The translations under genes and the position numbers were made by a program. DNA of 64,000 bases from an uncultured Solirubrobacterales bacterium. Lineage in GTDB: Bacteria > Actinomycetota > Thermoleophilia > Solirubrobacterales > Solirubrobacteraceae. Location of the stretch: assembly GCA_963725265.1 (NCBI GenBank), contig CAVRXP010000002.1, positions 699,426-763,425 of the forward strand, in the 5' to 3' direction. The stretch's first letter is position 1; the number at the start of each line of letters is the position of its first letter. This document shows, piece by piece, positions 49,618-58,467 of this stretch. The notes under the pieces were generated by a model that searched no databases, had not been told where the DNA came from, and was given only the letters and a program-made list of their open reading frames with translations.

Positions 49618-50922
49618 GTGCCGCACGATCCTGTCGAGCTGTTGCGCCAGCTGATCCGGTTCGACACAACCAATCCACCTGGCAACGAGGCTCAGTGCAT
49701 CGGGTGGATCAAGGATCTCTGCGACCAAGCTGGCCTGCTGACGAGAATCTTGGCCAAGGACGCGGCACGGCCGAACCTGCTGGCGCGACTGCCCGGTCGG
49801 GGTGTCGCGCCGCCGCTGCTTCTCCAGGGTCACGTCGACGTGGTCACGACACACGGCCAGAGCTGGCGCCACGATCCGTTCGGCGGCGAGCTGATCGAAG
49901 GCGAGATTTGGGGTCGGGGCGCTCTGGACATGAAGGGCGGTGTGGCGATGATGCTCGGGGCGATCCTGCGGCTCGCGGAGGCCGCTGAGCCTCCACCGGG
50001 CGACGTGCTGTTGTGCGTGCTCGCGGACGAGGAGAATCTGGGACCGTACGGCGCACGCTTTGTAGTTGAGGAGCACCCCGAGCTCTTCAAGGGCGTCAAG
50101 CACGCGCTCGGTGAGTTTGGTGGCGCGCGCACCGAGATGGCGGGTCTGGCCGCTTACCCGATCCAGGTGGGCGAGAAGCAGGTGTGCTGGTCGCGCGCAA
50201 CCATCCGCGGGCCCGGCGGCCACGGTTCGATCCCGATGCGCGGCGGTGCGATGGCGAAGCTTGCCCGGTTGCTGAGCGCACTGGATTCGCGGCGACTTCC
50301 GGTGCACGTCACCGAGATTCCACGGTTGATGATCGAGACGGTGGCAGCCGCGCTACCCGCCGGCGGGCGAGAGCTTGCCGATGGGCTGCTCGACCCCGAG
50401 CGCACCGACGCGACACTCGACATGATCGGCGAGGCGGGCCAGACGCTCGATCCGATGTTCCACAACACGGTCAACGTCACTGTCGTGCGAGGCGGCAAAA
50501 AGGTCAACGTGATCCCGAGTGAGTTGCAGCTCGAGCTCGACGGGCGTCTGCTTCCTGGGCAAACCGCGGAGGACCTCTTCCGCGAGCTGCGTGAGCTTGC
50601 CGACGGCGAAGACCTCGAGCTGGAGGCAATGAACTATGAGCCGGTGTCCGATCGAGTGGACCTGTCCCTGATGGGGCTGCTGAGCGACGTGCTCACCGCC
50701 GCCGACCCCGACGCGGTGCCGTTGCCGATGCTCACGCCAGGTCTCACCGACGGTCGGTTCTTTGCCCGGCTCGGAATCCAGACCTACGGTTTTCTACCGA
50801 TGCGCCTTCCGGCGGAGATGAAGTTCACGAGCCTCATTCATGCGGCGGACGAGCGCGTACCAGCGCAGGAGATCGGCTGGGGCACTGACCGCATCTGCGA
50901 GGTGCTGACGCGATACAGGTAG
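49618..50922 (+). CDS. M20/M25/M40 metallopeptidase
   Basis: GHVDVV, GRGALDMKG, DEE, HAADE. Confidence 0.93.
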   Translation: MPHDPVELLRQLIRFDTTNPPGNEAQCIGWIKDLCDQAGLLTRILAKDAARPNLLARLPGRGVAPPLLLQGHVDVVTTHGQSWRHDPFGGELIEGEIWGRGALDMKGGVAMMLGAILRLAEAAEPPPGDVLLCVLADEENLGPYGARFVVEEHPELFKGVKHALGEFGGARTEMAGLAAYPIQVGEKQVCWSRATIRGPGGHGSIPMRGGAMAKLARLLSALDSRRLPVHVTEIPRLMIETVAAALPAGGRELADGLLDPERTDATLDMIGEAGQTLDPMFHNTVNVTVVRGGKKVNVIPSELQLELDGRLLPGQTAEDLFRELRELADGEDLELEAMNYEPVSDRVDLSLMGLLSDVLTAADPDAVPLPMLTPGLTDGRFFARLGIQTYGFLPMRLPAEMKFTSLIHAADERVPAQEIGWGTDRICEVLTRYR

Positions 50923-50968
50923 CTAACGCTACCGCGGGGCTGCTTGGCCGCACGCACCATCGTTGCTG

Positions 50969-51283
50969 CTACATCTGACCAGGCGAATCCGTGTCGGTCT
51001 CGCTGCTGCGCTCATGGTCGGCGTCGCCGTCCGTGCGTCCGTCGTCCTCCTCGCTGGGCGCCCGATCGTGCAGGATCGCATGGGCGGACTGCGAGTCTCC
51101 GTGTGATGCGTGTTCGATCAGCAGCATCTCGGCCTGCTCGAAGCCCTCGGACTCGCCGCTGCCAGCCTCGTCGAGGGGTGCCGTGGCGGGGTCCGCTGGT
51201 GGGCGGCCGTCGCCGCCGCCGATGCGGGCCGCTTCGCTTGCGGCGCTCTCGGTCTCCCGCTGCTCATAGCGTGAGTCGCTCAT
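50969..51283 (-). CDS. Small acidic hypothetical protein
   Basis: EAARIGG...EAGSGESEGFEQAE; coding-like. Confidence 0.7.
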   Translation of the reverse strand: MSDSRYEQRETESAASEAARIGGGDGRPPADPATAPLDEAGSGESEGFEQAEMLLIEHASHGDSQSAHAILHDRAPSEEDDGRTDGDADHERSSETDTDSPGQM

Positions 51284-51417
51284 TTCACACCGCCGCCGTG
51301 ACCGTCGTCGCCCGCGGTTTTATGGGGGATAGGCGCAAGCATTGCTTTCTTCTCTACCCGCGCCCCCGAATGGGAAACCAGGTCCTCACGACGAGTCGAG
51401 CAGGAGGTCGCTGCTAA

Positions 51418-51576
51418 GAGCGCCTATCAAAATGCGTGTACGTCTGTGACGGCCGTTGGCCTTCGCGGAGCTGTGTCCTCGGGGCTCGACTTGGCACCAC
51501 CAAGCCTTCGCCCCTGCGTCCTTGCTCCGCTCGACCCTCGACCGCCCCAGCCGCACCCGCATTTTGATAGGCGCTC
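51418..51576. mobile_element. 159-bp MITE, IS5-like ends
   Basis: Perfect 19-bp TIR GAGCGCCTATCAAAATGCG, TAA direct repeats on both sides, no transposase. Confidence 0.85.
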
Positions 51577-51850
51577 TAAGGGCCTGTGAAGCGAATCTCG
51601 GCTTCCATAGCCTTGTATGTGGGAAGCGCTCGTTGGTCGGCGCTCAAGCCGTATGAGTTCCAGCGACGCGCACCGGCTCCATTGCGTTGGGCGCCAGTGA
51701 GCGAACGTGCGTTCGTAAATACCGTCCGGATTGCTGGGTAGCTTTGTCGGCGTCTACGAAAGGGCGGGCTCGGCGGCCGGGTAGGTGGTGGCGGTCGGGG
51801 CCTCGGCGTAAAGGAGGGCCGTACGAATGAGCGGACGCGGTAGCTGCGTC

Positions 51851-52078
51851 ATGGCAGAGCAGGAGCGGCAGGCTGAGGGCGCGATCCTCGCGTTGCTGTT
51901 GAACTTCGAAGCGGGCAGTCTGTGGTCGGTGGAGGAGCTGGTCAGCCACCTGAGCGCCTCGCGCCTGGAGGTGATCGACGGCCTGGCAAGCCTGCAAGCC
52001 GCCGGCTTGATCCACAGGTTCGGCGACTACGTGTTCGCGACGCGAGCCGCCTCGACCTTCGACAAGCTCGAGCTTTGA
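51851..52078 (+). CDS. Small winged-helix-like hypothetical protein
   Basis: WSVEELV...LQAAGLIHR...VFATRAA. Confidence 0.75.
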   Translation: MAEQERQAEGAILALLLNFEAGSLWSVEELVSHLSASRLEVIDGLASLQAAGLIHRFGDYVFATRAASTFDKLEL

Positions 52079-52097
52079 GATCGGCAGCGGGAAAGCG

Positions 52098-52316
52098 TCA
52101 GCTGATCCCCTCGAGCAACTCGGCTGGTGAGGAGAGCTCGAGGCCGCGGGCGAGGATCACGATCGTCTCCAGCCGCGGCGAGCGCTTGCAACGCTCCAGC
52201 AGGCTGATCTCGGTTCGATGCAGGTCGCACACGTCGGCAAGCGCCTCCTGGGAGAGCCCGACGCGCATGCGATGGCGTCGCAGGTTGGCGGCGAACTGCT
52301 CGCGAACAGAATCCAT
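52098..52316 (-). CDS. XRE-family HTH regulator
   Basis: GLSQEALA...HRTEISLLER...PRLET. Confidence 0.9.
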   Translation of the reverse strand: MDSVREQFAANLRRHRMRVGLSQEALADVCDLHRTEISLLERCKRSPRLETIVILARGLELSSPAELLEGIS

Positions 52317-52416
52317 AGACGACACTGTCGCGGGCCGCAGACGGAAGGTCTACAGACGAAAGTCGGCGTATGGTCTGGTCACAGCGGCGAACCGTCGCGG
52401 CGAACGGTTATGGTCG

Positions 52417-52875
52417 TCATGCGACGGCCACGGCATGCGCTTCATGGGCGGAGCCTATCGTCGTCACCGGGATCCCCATGCCCGACACCTTGCTGGCCAG
52501 ATCGAGCCTCAGCCAGCGCGCCAGTCGCGGGCTGGGCGCGGAGATGATGATCTCGTCGAACCCGTGCAGGTTGAGCGCGTCTTCGATGGCTGCCACCGGG
52601 TCTGGATCGCCGACCAACCCTTCCACCTGCACTCCAGCCGCCGCGCTCAGGGCGGGAAGCGCTCGATCGAGCATGCCGCGCGCCTCGCCGGCGCCCTGGT
52701 CGTTGGGATCCACCACCTTGTGCAGGCCGTGGGTAGTGTTGGGTACGAGCAGCGCGAACGTGCACGGCCCGCGTCGGGCGCGCTCGGAGACGGCGTCGAG
52801 CAACGGCTGGGTGATCGACGTCTTGTGCTCGACCACGAGCACCTGTGGTTGAGTCGTATGGGTGGAGGACTCCAT
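52417..52875 (-). CDS. Hypothetical protein, USP-like fold
   Basis: VLVV...VGDPDPVAAI...FDEIIIS...GIPVT. Confidence 0.75.
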   Translation of the reverse strand: MESSTHTTQPQVLVVEHKTSITQPLLDAVSERARRGPCTFALLVPNTTHGLHKVVDPNDQGAGEARGMLDRALPALSAAAGVQVEGLVGDPDPVAAIEDALNLHGFDEIIISAPSPRLARWLRLDLASKVSGMGIPVTTIGSAHEAHAVAVA

Positions 52876-52954
52876 AGCTGGAACTCCCTTCTGACTGCGC
52901 TTTGACTTGGCGACCCGGACCGGGTCTCCCAATACTTGGTTTACCCTTCCCGCG

Positions 52955-53332
52955 ATGCGCGTGCACCTATCCGAGGAGAACATCGAAGTCCGACTGGCGT
53001 CGGCGGAGAAGGTGCTGGGTCTGATGGGCAACATCAGCGCCCCCCGCGCGGACCTTGACGACGTACAGGTTCTCGAGGACCCGCTGCGCGAGGTGATGCG
53101 CTCCGGCCTAAAGGTAGGTCTGCGCCTGCCGTGGCTGTACTACGTGTGCCGCTCGATCCGTCTCGACCGGGCGTGGGCGGTGCGCCGCGGTGTCCCGGCG
53201 CTTTCGTTCGCCGTGCGCAACCAGGGCGCGCTGGAGCGCGTCACGGTCAGCACCCCCGACGCGCATGAGCTGGCACGGCGGCTGGGAGATGGGTCTGAGA
53301 AAATGGTGGGGGCAGGATTCGAACCTGCGTAG
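52955..53332 (+). CDS. Hypothetical protein (PH-like); stop lies within the antisense tRNA-Tyr
   Basis: GLRLP, VTVSTPDA. Confidence 0.7.
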   Translation: MRVHLSEENIEVRLASAEKVLGLMGNISAPRADLDDVQVLEDPLREVMRSGLKVGLRLPWLYYVCRSIRLDRAWAVRRGVPALSFAVRNQGALERVTVSTPDAHELARRLGDGSEKMVGAGFEPA

Positions 53333-53385
53333 GCTGAGCCAATCGGTTTACAGCCGATCTCCTTTAACCACTCGGACACCCCACC
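53304..53385 (-). tRNA. tRNA-Tyr(GTA)
   Basis: GGTGGGG...ATCGG-CTGTAAA-CCGAT, long variable arm, GGTTCGAATCC. Confidence 0.97.
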
Positions 53386-53494
53386 AGGTGTCACCGGCGA
53401 CGAGCCGCGGGCGAGGGCAGATTGTAGTGGCTGGCAGCGCAGCGAGTCGACGAGGTCAAGAGCAATCCACGTCCTCGCCGCAGCGCCTACCCCC

Positions 53495-54472
53495 TCAGCT
53501 GGCTTCGCGCAGCTCCTGGGCCTCCGGTGAGGTCTGCAGCTTCTTCAAGGTGCGGCTCTCGATCTGGCGGACGCGCTCGCGTGTGATGTTGAAGGCTCTG
53601 CCCACCTCGTCCAGGGTGCGCACACGGTCGCCTGTGATGCCGTAGCGCATCTCCAGCACCTCGCGCTCGCGGCGGGGTAGGGTGGCGAGCACGCGACCCA
53701 CGCTCTGGCGGCGCAACGCCTCCGCGGCTACCTCGAACGGCGAGGCGGCCGTGGCGTCCTCGATGAAGTCCGCCAGCGCGGAGTCGTCCTCGTCGCCGAT
53801 CGGCTTCTCAAGCGAGATCGGCTGCTGGGCCATGCGCAGCACTTCGCGCACCTCGCTCACCGGGTATTCGACCTCGGCGGCTATCTCCGCCGGCGAGGGG
53901 TCGCGGCCGAGCCGCTGGATCAGCATGCGCTCGGTGTAGACGACCTTGTTGAGCCGTTCGTTCATGTGCACGGGAATGCGGATCGTGCGCCCCTTGTCGG
54001 CGATCGAGCGCGTGACCGCCTGGCGGATCCACCAGGTGGCATACGTCGAGAACTTGTAGCCGCGCCGGTAGTCGAACTTCTCCACCGCGCGGATCAGCCC
54101 GAGCGAGCCCTCCTGGATCAGGTCGAGCAGGTTCATGCCACGCCCGAGATAGCCCTTGGCGATCGAGACCACCAGCCGCAAATTGGCCTCGATCATCTGC
54201 TGCTTGGCCGCCACCTCGCCGCGCTCGATGCGCTTGGCAAGACACACCTCCTCCTCGGCGCTCAGCAGTGGCACACGCCCAATCGCGCTCAGATACAGCC
54301 GCAAAGAATCGAGGCTCGGCTCGACGTTGAGGTCGATCTCGGCCTCGCGCAGCTCCTCCAGGCGCGAGGCGAACAGCCCCCGCTGCTCGTGATCGAACCC
54401 CGCCTGATCGTCTTCCAGCTCCACCACGGAAGTCTCCGCAGCCATCAGCAACCCCTCAGTGTTCTTGCTCAT
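53495..54472 (-). CDS. RpoD/SigA-like sigma-70 factor lacking region 1.1 (group 2-like)
   Basis: [37 protein letters not shown]. Confidence 0.95.
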   Translation of the reverse strand: MSKNTEGLLMAAETSVVELEDDQAGFDHEQRGLFASRLEELREAEIDLNVEPSLDSLRLYLSAIGRVPLLSAEEEVCLAKRIERGEVAAKQQMIEANLRLVVSIAKGYLGRGMNLLDLIQEGSLGLIRAVEKFDYRRGYKFSTYATWWIRQAVTRSIADKGRTIRIPVHMNERLNKVVYTERMLIQRLGRDPSPAEIAAEVEYPVSEVREVLRMAQQPISLEKPIGDEDDSALADFIEDATAASPFEVAAEALRRQSVGRVLATLPRREREVLEMRYGITGDRVRTLDEVGRAFNITRERVRQIESRTLKKLQTSPEAQELREAS

Positions 54473-54663
54473 CGCCGGACCCCCCCAGGATCCATGTGGC
54501 TCCCCGTCGGTGCGATGTCCGCTCCGACCTCCCTGTCGTTATAACTGCCTTCCTCCCTCGCAGTTGCGCTGTGACTACGTCCGGATTGATACCAGATACG
54601 GGGGCCGAAAGCGTTGGTTGCCGTGACAAGTACAGGCAAATCGAGCAACGAGCTCAAGGCAAG

Positions 54664-55461
54664 CTAACGACGGATTGAGGCAGCGGGCTTGCGTGGGCAT
54701 GCCACCGTGGCGTGTGCAGCGGCGCTGGAGCCGTCGCTGAAGCTCAGTCGCACCGCGAACGGAAAGCCGCCGCGCGGGCAGCTCTTGGGCAGCAGGATGC
54801 CGCGGGGGTGGAAGCTGACGATCCGCCCGTCGACGCTTTCGCGGTAGGTGATGCCTGCCGGGCCGATCGTCGTCTGCAGCCCTAGCAGCGCGACATCGGG
54901 CCCTTCGGGCACGCTTGGCACAAGCGGCAGCGTCGTTTCGATCAACCCGCCGAACCCATGTCCGGCGGGCAGCACGAGCGCGCTGAAGAGCACTTCGGCG
55001 ATCACGGGATATTCGCCTACGACCACGAACAGCAGCTGCGGATCGCTGCCCTGCACCGGGCCCGAAAAGAGCGTCACGGCGGTGCGCTCGATCACGAAGC
55101 GCGTGCCGAAAGGCACGGCGGTCATCGCACTGCCGTGGCCCATCAGCGAATTAGCCGGGCAGGCGGCGCGTCCGAGTCGTTCCAGTTGCGCGGGCAGGCA
55201 GTTCTGCAGCCCAAGTTCGCTGGTCGCGATGCCCAACCCGCGAGGAAGGAAGAACTGGATGCCGGTCGCGGGCAGGGGCATCTCGCCGCTGGGATAGGAG
55301 ACGTGAAAGCCGAGCTTGATGGTGGTGCCGGCCCCAAGGCGATCAGGGGAGAAGGAGGCGGCGAGCTTGACCGACGGCGCCGCCATTGCGGACGGCGAGC
55401 AGATGGCCAGAGAGCCGCACGCAAGACCCAACAGGAGTGCTCGTGAGCGATGTCCGCACAC
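54664..55461 (-). CDS. Secreted Cys-containing hypothetical protein
   Basis: Signal peptide (AMA); C...CPANS and CPRGG...CP pairs. Confidence 0.8.
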   Translation of the reverse strand: MCGHRSRALLLGLACGSLAICSPSAMAAPSVKLAASFSPDRLGAGTTIKLGFHVSYPSGEMPLPATGIQFFLPRGLGIATSELGLQNCLPAQLERLGRAACPANSLMGHGSAMTAVPFGTRFVIERTAVTLFSGPVQGSDPQLLFVVVGEYPVIAEVLFSALVLPAGHGFGGLIETTLPLVPSVPEGPDVALLGLQTTIGPAGITYRESVDGRIVSFHPRGILLPKSCPRGGFPFAVRLSFSDGSSAAAHATVACPRKPAASIRR

Positions 55462-55471
55462 TGCAAATAGC

Positions 55472-55960
55472 TCAGTAGCTCAGCGTGCCGATGGTCTGGA
55501 CCGTCAGCGCGCTGGTGCGGCGGTCAATCACGCCGTAGAGCTTGCCGGCACCGTGAGCGTGCGTGTAGCTGCCGGTACCATGGCTCACAGACAGCGAACC
55601 GCCGAAGCTCGCGTATCTGCCCGAGGAGTGCAGCGCGGCGCTGCCGCGGCCGTAGATCGTCCCGTATTTGGTCTGGATGGAGAAAGACGAGATCACCGTC
55701 GAGCCGACGAGCAGGCGTACTTTCGCCAGTCCGGGAAGCGTGCCGCCCGCGGCGCCTTCCTCCAACAGCACCGAGCCGAATGCTTTCAGAAGGTGCAGGT
55801 GACCGGTGTCGTCGACGCTCAGCGAACGCGCCGTGTGGCCGTAGGGGTTCGCGGCCGAGCGTGCGGCGAGGGTTGGGCCGGCAAGGATCGCTGCGGTGAG
55901 CGCGAGCGCCGCGCACAGGATGGCCGTCAATCGATGTGAGCGCCTCTGTTTGCCGGTCAT
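55472..55960 (-). CDS. Secreted beta-rich hypothetical protein
   Basis: Signal peptide; GTGSYTHAHGAG...TIGTLSY. Confidence 0.8.
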   Translation of the reverse strand: MTGKQRRSHRLTAILCAALALTAAILAGPTLAARSAANPYGHTARSLSVDDTGHLHLLKAFGSVLLEEGAAGGTLPGLAKVRLLVGSTVISSFSIQTKYGTIYGRGSAALHSSGRYASFGGSLSVSHGTGSYTHAHGAGKLYGVIDRRTSALTVQTIGTLSY

Positions 55961-56185
55961 CGTGCGATTCCCCTGCTCCTCGCCCGAATGCGATGCCCCC
56001 GAGGCCAGACCCCCGGACGATTGTTGGTATCCCCGCAGCTTACGAACCCGAGGTTTGTGACTACAACAATACCGCGTACCAGTGAGATAGTGCCAGTTAG
56101 AAGACGAATCTATCCCCCCTTGCCAATGACTCTCCATTGGGGTATGTTCTTGAGAGATCGTCGAAGTCGGGGAGTCAATCGGCTT

Positions 56186-56782
56186 ATGCTAGTGGTAGCA
56201 GAGCGCAAAGCGGGGACTGCGAAATGGATACGGGGACGTTCCGCACACCTGCGCGGGGCGCTGCTGGGGATGGTGCTTGAACGTCCCAGTCATGGCGGCG
56301 AGCTGGCCAACCGCCTGGCGGTGCGCCTCGGCGAGACGTGGCGGATCGACTCCAACGACGTCTACCGCCTGCTGCAGAACCTGCAGGACGAGGGTCTGGT
56401 CGAGGTGCGCGAAGAGCCCAGGCGCGACAAACGTCCGGGCACGCGCATCGTCTATCACCCGACCGAGCTGACCTCGGCGGCGCTCACGCGCTGGATCGAG
56501 ACGCTCTTGCCACGCGAGACGTTTCGCCTCGGCCTGCACGCCAAGCTGGCGGTGGCGCGCGAGCAGGACGTGCCGGGATTGCGCTCCGCGCTCGCCCAGC
56601 ACCGCCGTGAATGCCTGACGCTGGCGAGCATGATGTGCCCCGGCAACGGTGAGCCGGCCTCGTGGGGCGCGCTGTTCATGGACTGCACGCGCGACGGCAT
56701 CCACCAGATGCTGCAGACCGAGCTGGACTGGGTCAACCGCACGCTGCAACGGATCGACGAGTATGCGGCGAGGGCCGCATAG
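56186..56782 (+). CDS. PadR-family regulator
   Basis: ERPSHGGELA, VYRLLQNLQDEGLV, C-terminal helical domain. Confidence 0.88.
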   Translation: MLVVAERKAGTAKWIRGRSAHLRGALLGMVLERPSHGGELANRLAVRLGETWRIDSNDVYRLLQNLQDEGLVEVREEPRRDKRPGTRIVYHPTELTSAALTRWIETLLPRETFRLGLHAKLAVAREQDVPGLRSALAQHRRECLTLASMMCPGNGEPASWGALFMDCTRDGIHQMLQTELDWVNRTLQRIDEYAARAA

Positions 56783-56798
56783 GAGAAGACGCAGCGGC

Positions 56799-57575
56799 AT
56801 GGGCCAGGACAGCCTTAGCAACAGGCGCGTGCATGCGCCGCTGCTGTCATTCCTGAACGTCGGCAAGAGTCGGCGCGAAGGCGAGCGCGAGCGCGTCGTG
56901 CTCGATGGCGTCTGCTTCGAGCTGCAGCCTGGGCGCGCGCTGGGCGTCTATGGCCAGCGGCGCTCGGGCAAGTCGACGCTGCTGCGCCTGGCGATTGGGC
57001 TGGAGCTGGCAGAGCAGGGTAGCGTGCGCTTTGAGGGTCGCGAGCTCGCGAGCATGTCCAGCGGCGAGCGCGCACGCCTACTGCGCGGCCCGATCGCGCT
57101 GCTGACGGGCGACGGCTGGCTGCCGAGCCCTGGCGAGACGGTGATGGACCACGTCGCGATGTCGGCCGGCAGCGCGGGCCTGTCTCTTCAGGAGGCGCGT
57201 CGCCGCGCGCTGTCGGCGCTCGATCGGGCAGGCGTGGCGGGCGTGAGCGCCGAGGAGATGACTGTGTCGCTAGCACCCGATACGCGCGCGCGAGTGATGC
57301 TGGCGCGCGCGCTGGTGCGCGAGCCGCGCCTGCTTGCGGTCGACGAGCCGGCGCCGCTGCCGAGCCTGCTGGAGCGCGAGCGCTTCTGCGCGCTGCTGCG
57401 CGAGGTGGCCAGGGAGCGCTCGATCGCGCTGCTGGTGGCCTCCGAGGAGCTGAGCGCGCTGCAGGGCATCGCCTCGCTGGCGTCACTGTCCGCCGGAGAG
57501 CTGTGCTCGACGGAGGACAACGGGACCGTGGTGGAGTTCCCGCGCCGGCGCGCCGGCGCGCTCGAGCGCTCGTGA
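56799..57575 (+). CDS. ABC ATP-binding protein with degenerate motifs
   Basis: GQRRSGKS Walker A, LLAVDEP Walker B; signature LAPDT and H-loop ASEE non-canonical. Confidence 0.85.
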   Translation: MGQDSLSNRRVHAPLLSFLNVGKSRREGERERVVLDGVCFELQPGRALGVYGQRRSGKSTLLRLAIGLELAEQGSVRFEGRELASMSSGERARLLRGPIALLTGDGWLPSPGETVMDHVAMSAGSAGLSLQEARRRALSALDRAGVAGVSAEEMTVSLAPDTRARVMLARALVREPRLLAVDEPAPLPSLLERERFCALLREVARERSIALLVASEELSALQGIASLASLSAGELCSTEDNGTVVEFPRRRAGALERS

Positions 57576-57694
57576 GCTCGAGCGGTCTAGAGCCGTGCGC
57601 GCTGGGGCCGTTGAGGGCTCGTGCGCCGGGGCGGTCAGAGCGGGGCGTGCCGAGGCGTTTGAGGGCCCGTGAGCACCGGCGCGATCGAGGCACG

Positions 57695-58394
57695 GTGAGC
57701 GGGGGCGCGCTGGAGCTGCGCAGCGGTCAAGCACTACCAAGCGGCGGCGAGACGGTGCGCGCGGTGGACGGGGTCAGCCTGCGCATCGAGCCGGGCAGCT
57801 GGTGGCGCTGTACGGCCCGAGCGGCTCGGGCAAGTCGACGCTGTTGATGCTGATCGCCGCGCTGCTGGCGCCCGACAGCGGCAGCATCCGCTTCGGCGGC
57901 CGCGACGTGGCGCGCCTGTCCGCGGGTCAGGCGGCCGAGTACCGCCGCCACGAGGTGGGCCTGGTCTCACAGGAGTTCCATCTGATCCCAGGCGCCAGCG
58001 CTCTGGACAACGCACTAATCAAGCTCCCGGTGCTCGGCTTCAGCCTCAAGCAAGCGAGGCAGCGCACACTCCCGTGGCTTGAGAGAGTGGGATTGGCTGG
58101 GCGTGCCGGGTCCCCTCCGGAGCGCCTGTCCATGGGAGAGCGCCAACGGGTCACGATCGCGCGCGCATTGGCGGCGGAACCGGGACTTCTGCTGGCGGAT
58201 GAGCCAACGGGCAACCTGGACTCAGTTCGCACGAACGAAATCCTCACCCTGTTGCGCGAGATCTGCCGCGAGCGCGGTTTGCCAGGTCTGCTCGTCACGC
58301 ACGACCCGAGGCGATCGCCTTCGTCGATCGCGTGCATACGCTGCGCGACGGGCGCTTGAGCGACGGAGTGCCCGAGAGGACCGATACCGGCTGA
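57695..58394 (+). CDS. LolD/MacB-type ABC ATP-binding protein, frameshifted
   Basis: GPSGSGKS, LSMGE, LLADEPTGNLD, VTHD. Confidence 0.88.
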
Positions 58395-58467
58395 CGCCCC
58401 GGGCAGGGATGGGAGCAGGCGCGAGCAGCTCGGGCCGCGCTCGCGCGCCGGTCGAGGTGAGCGAGCG

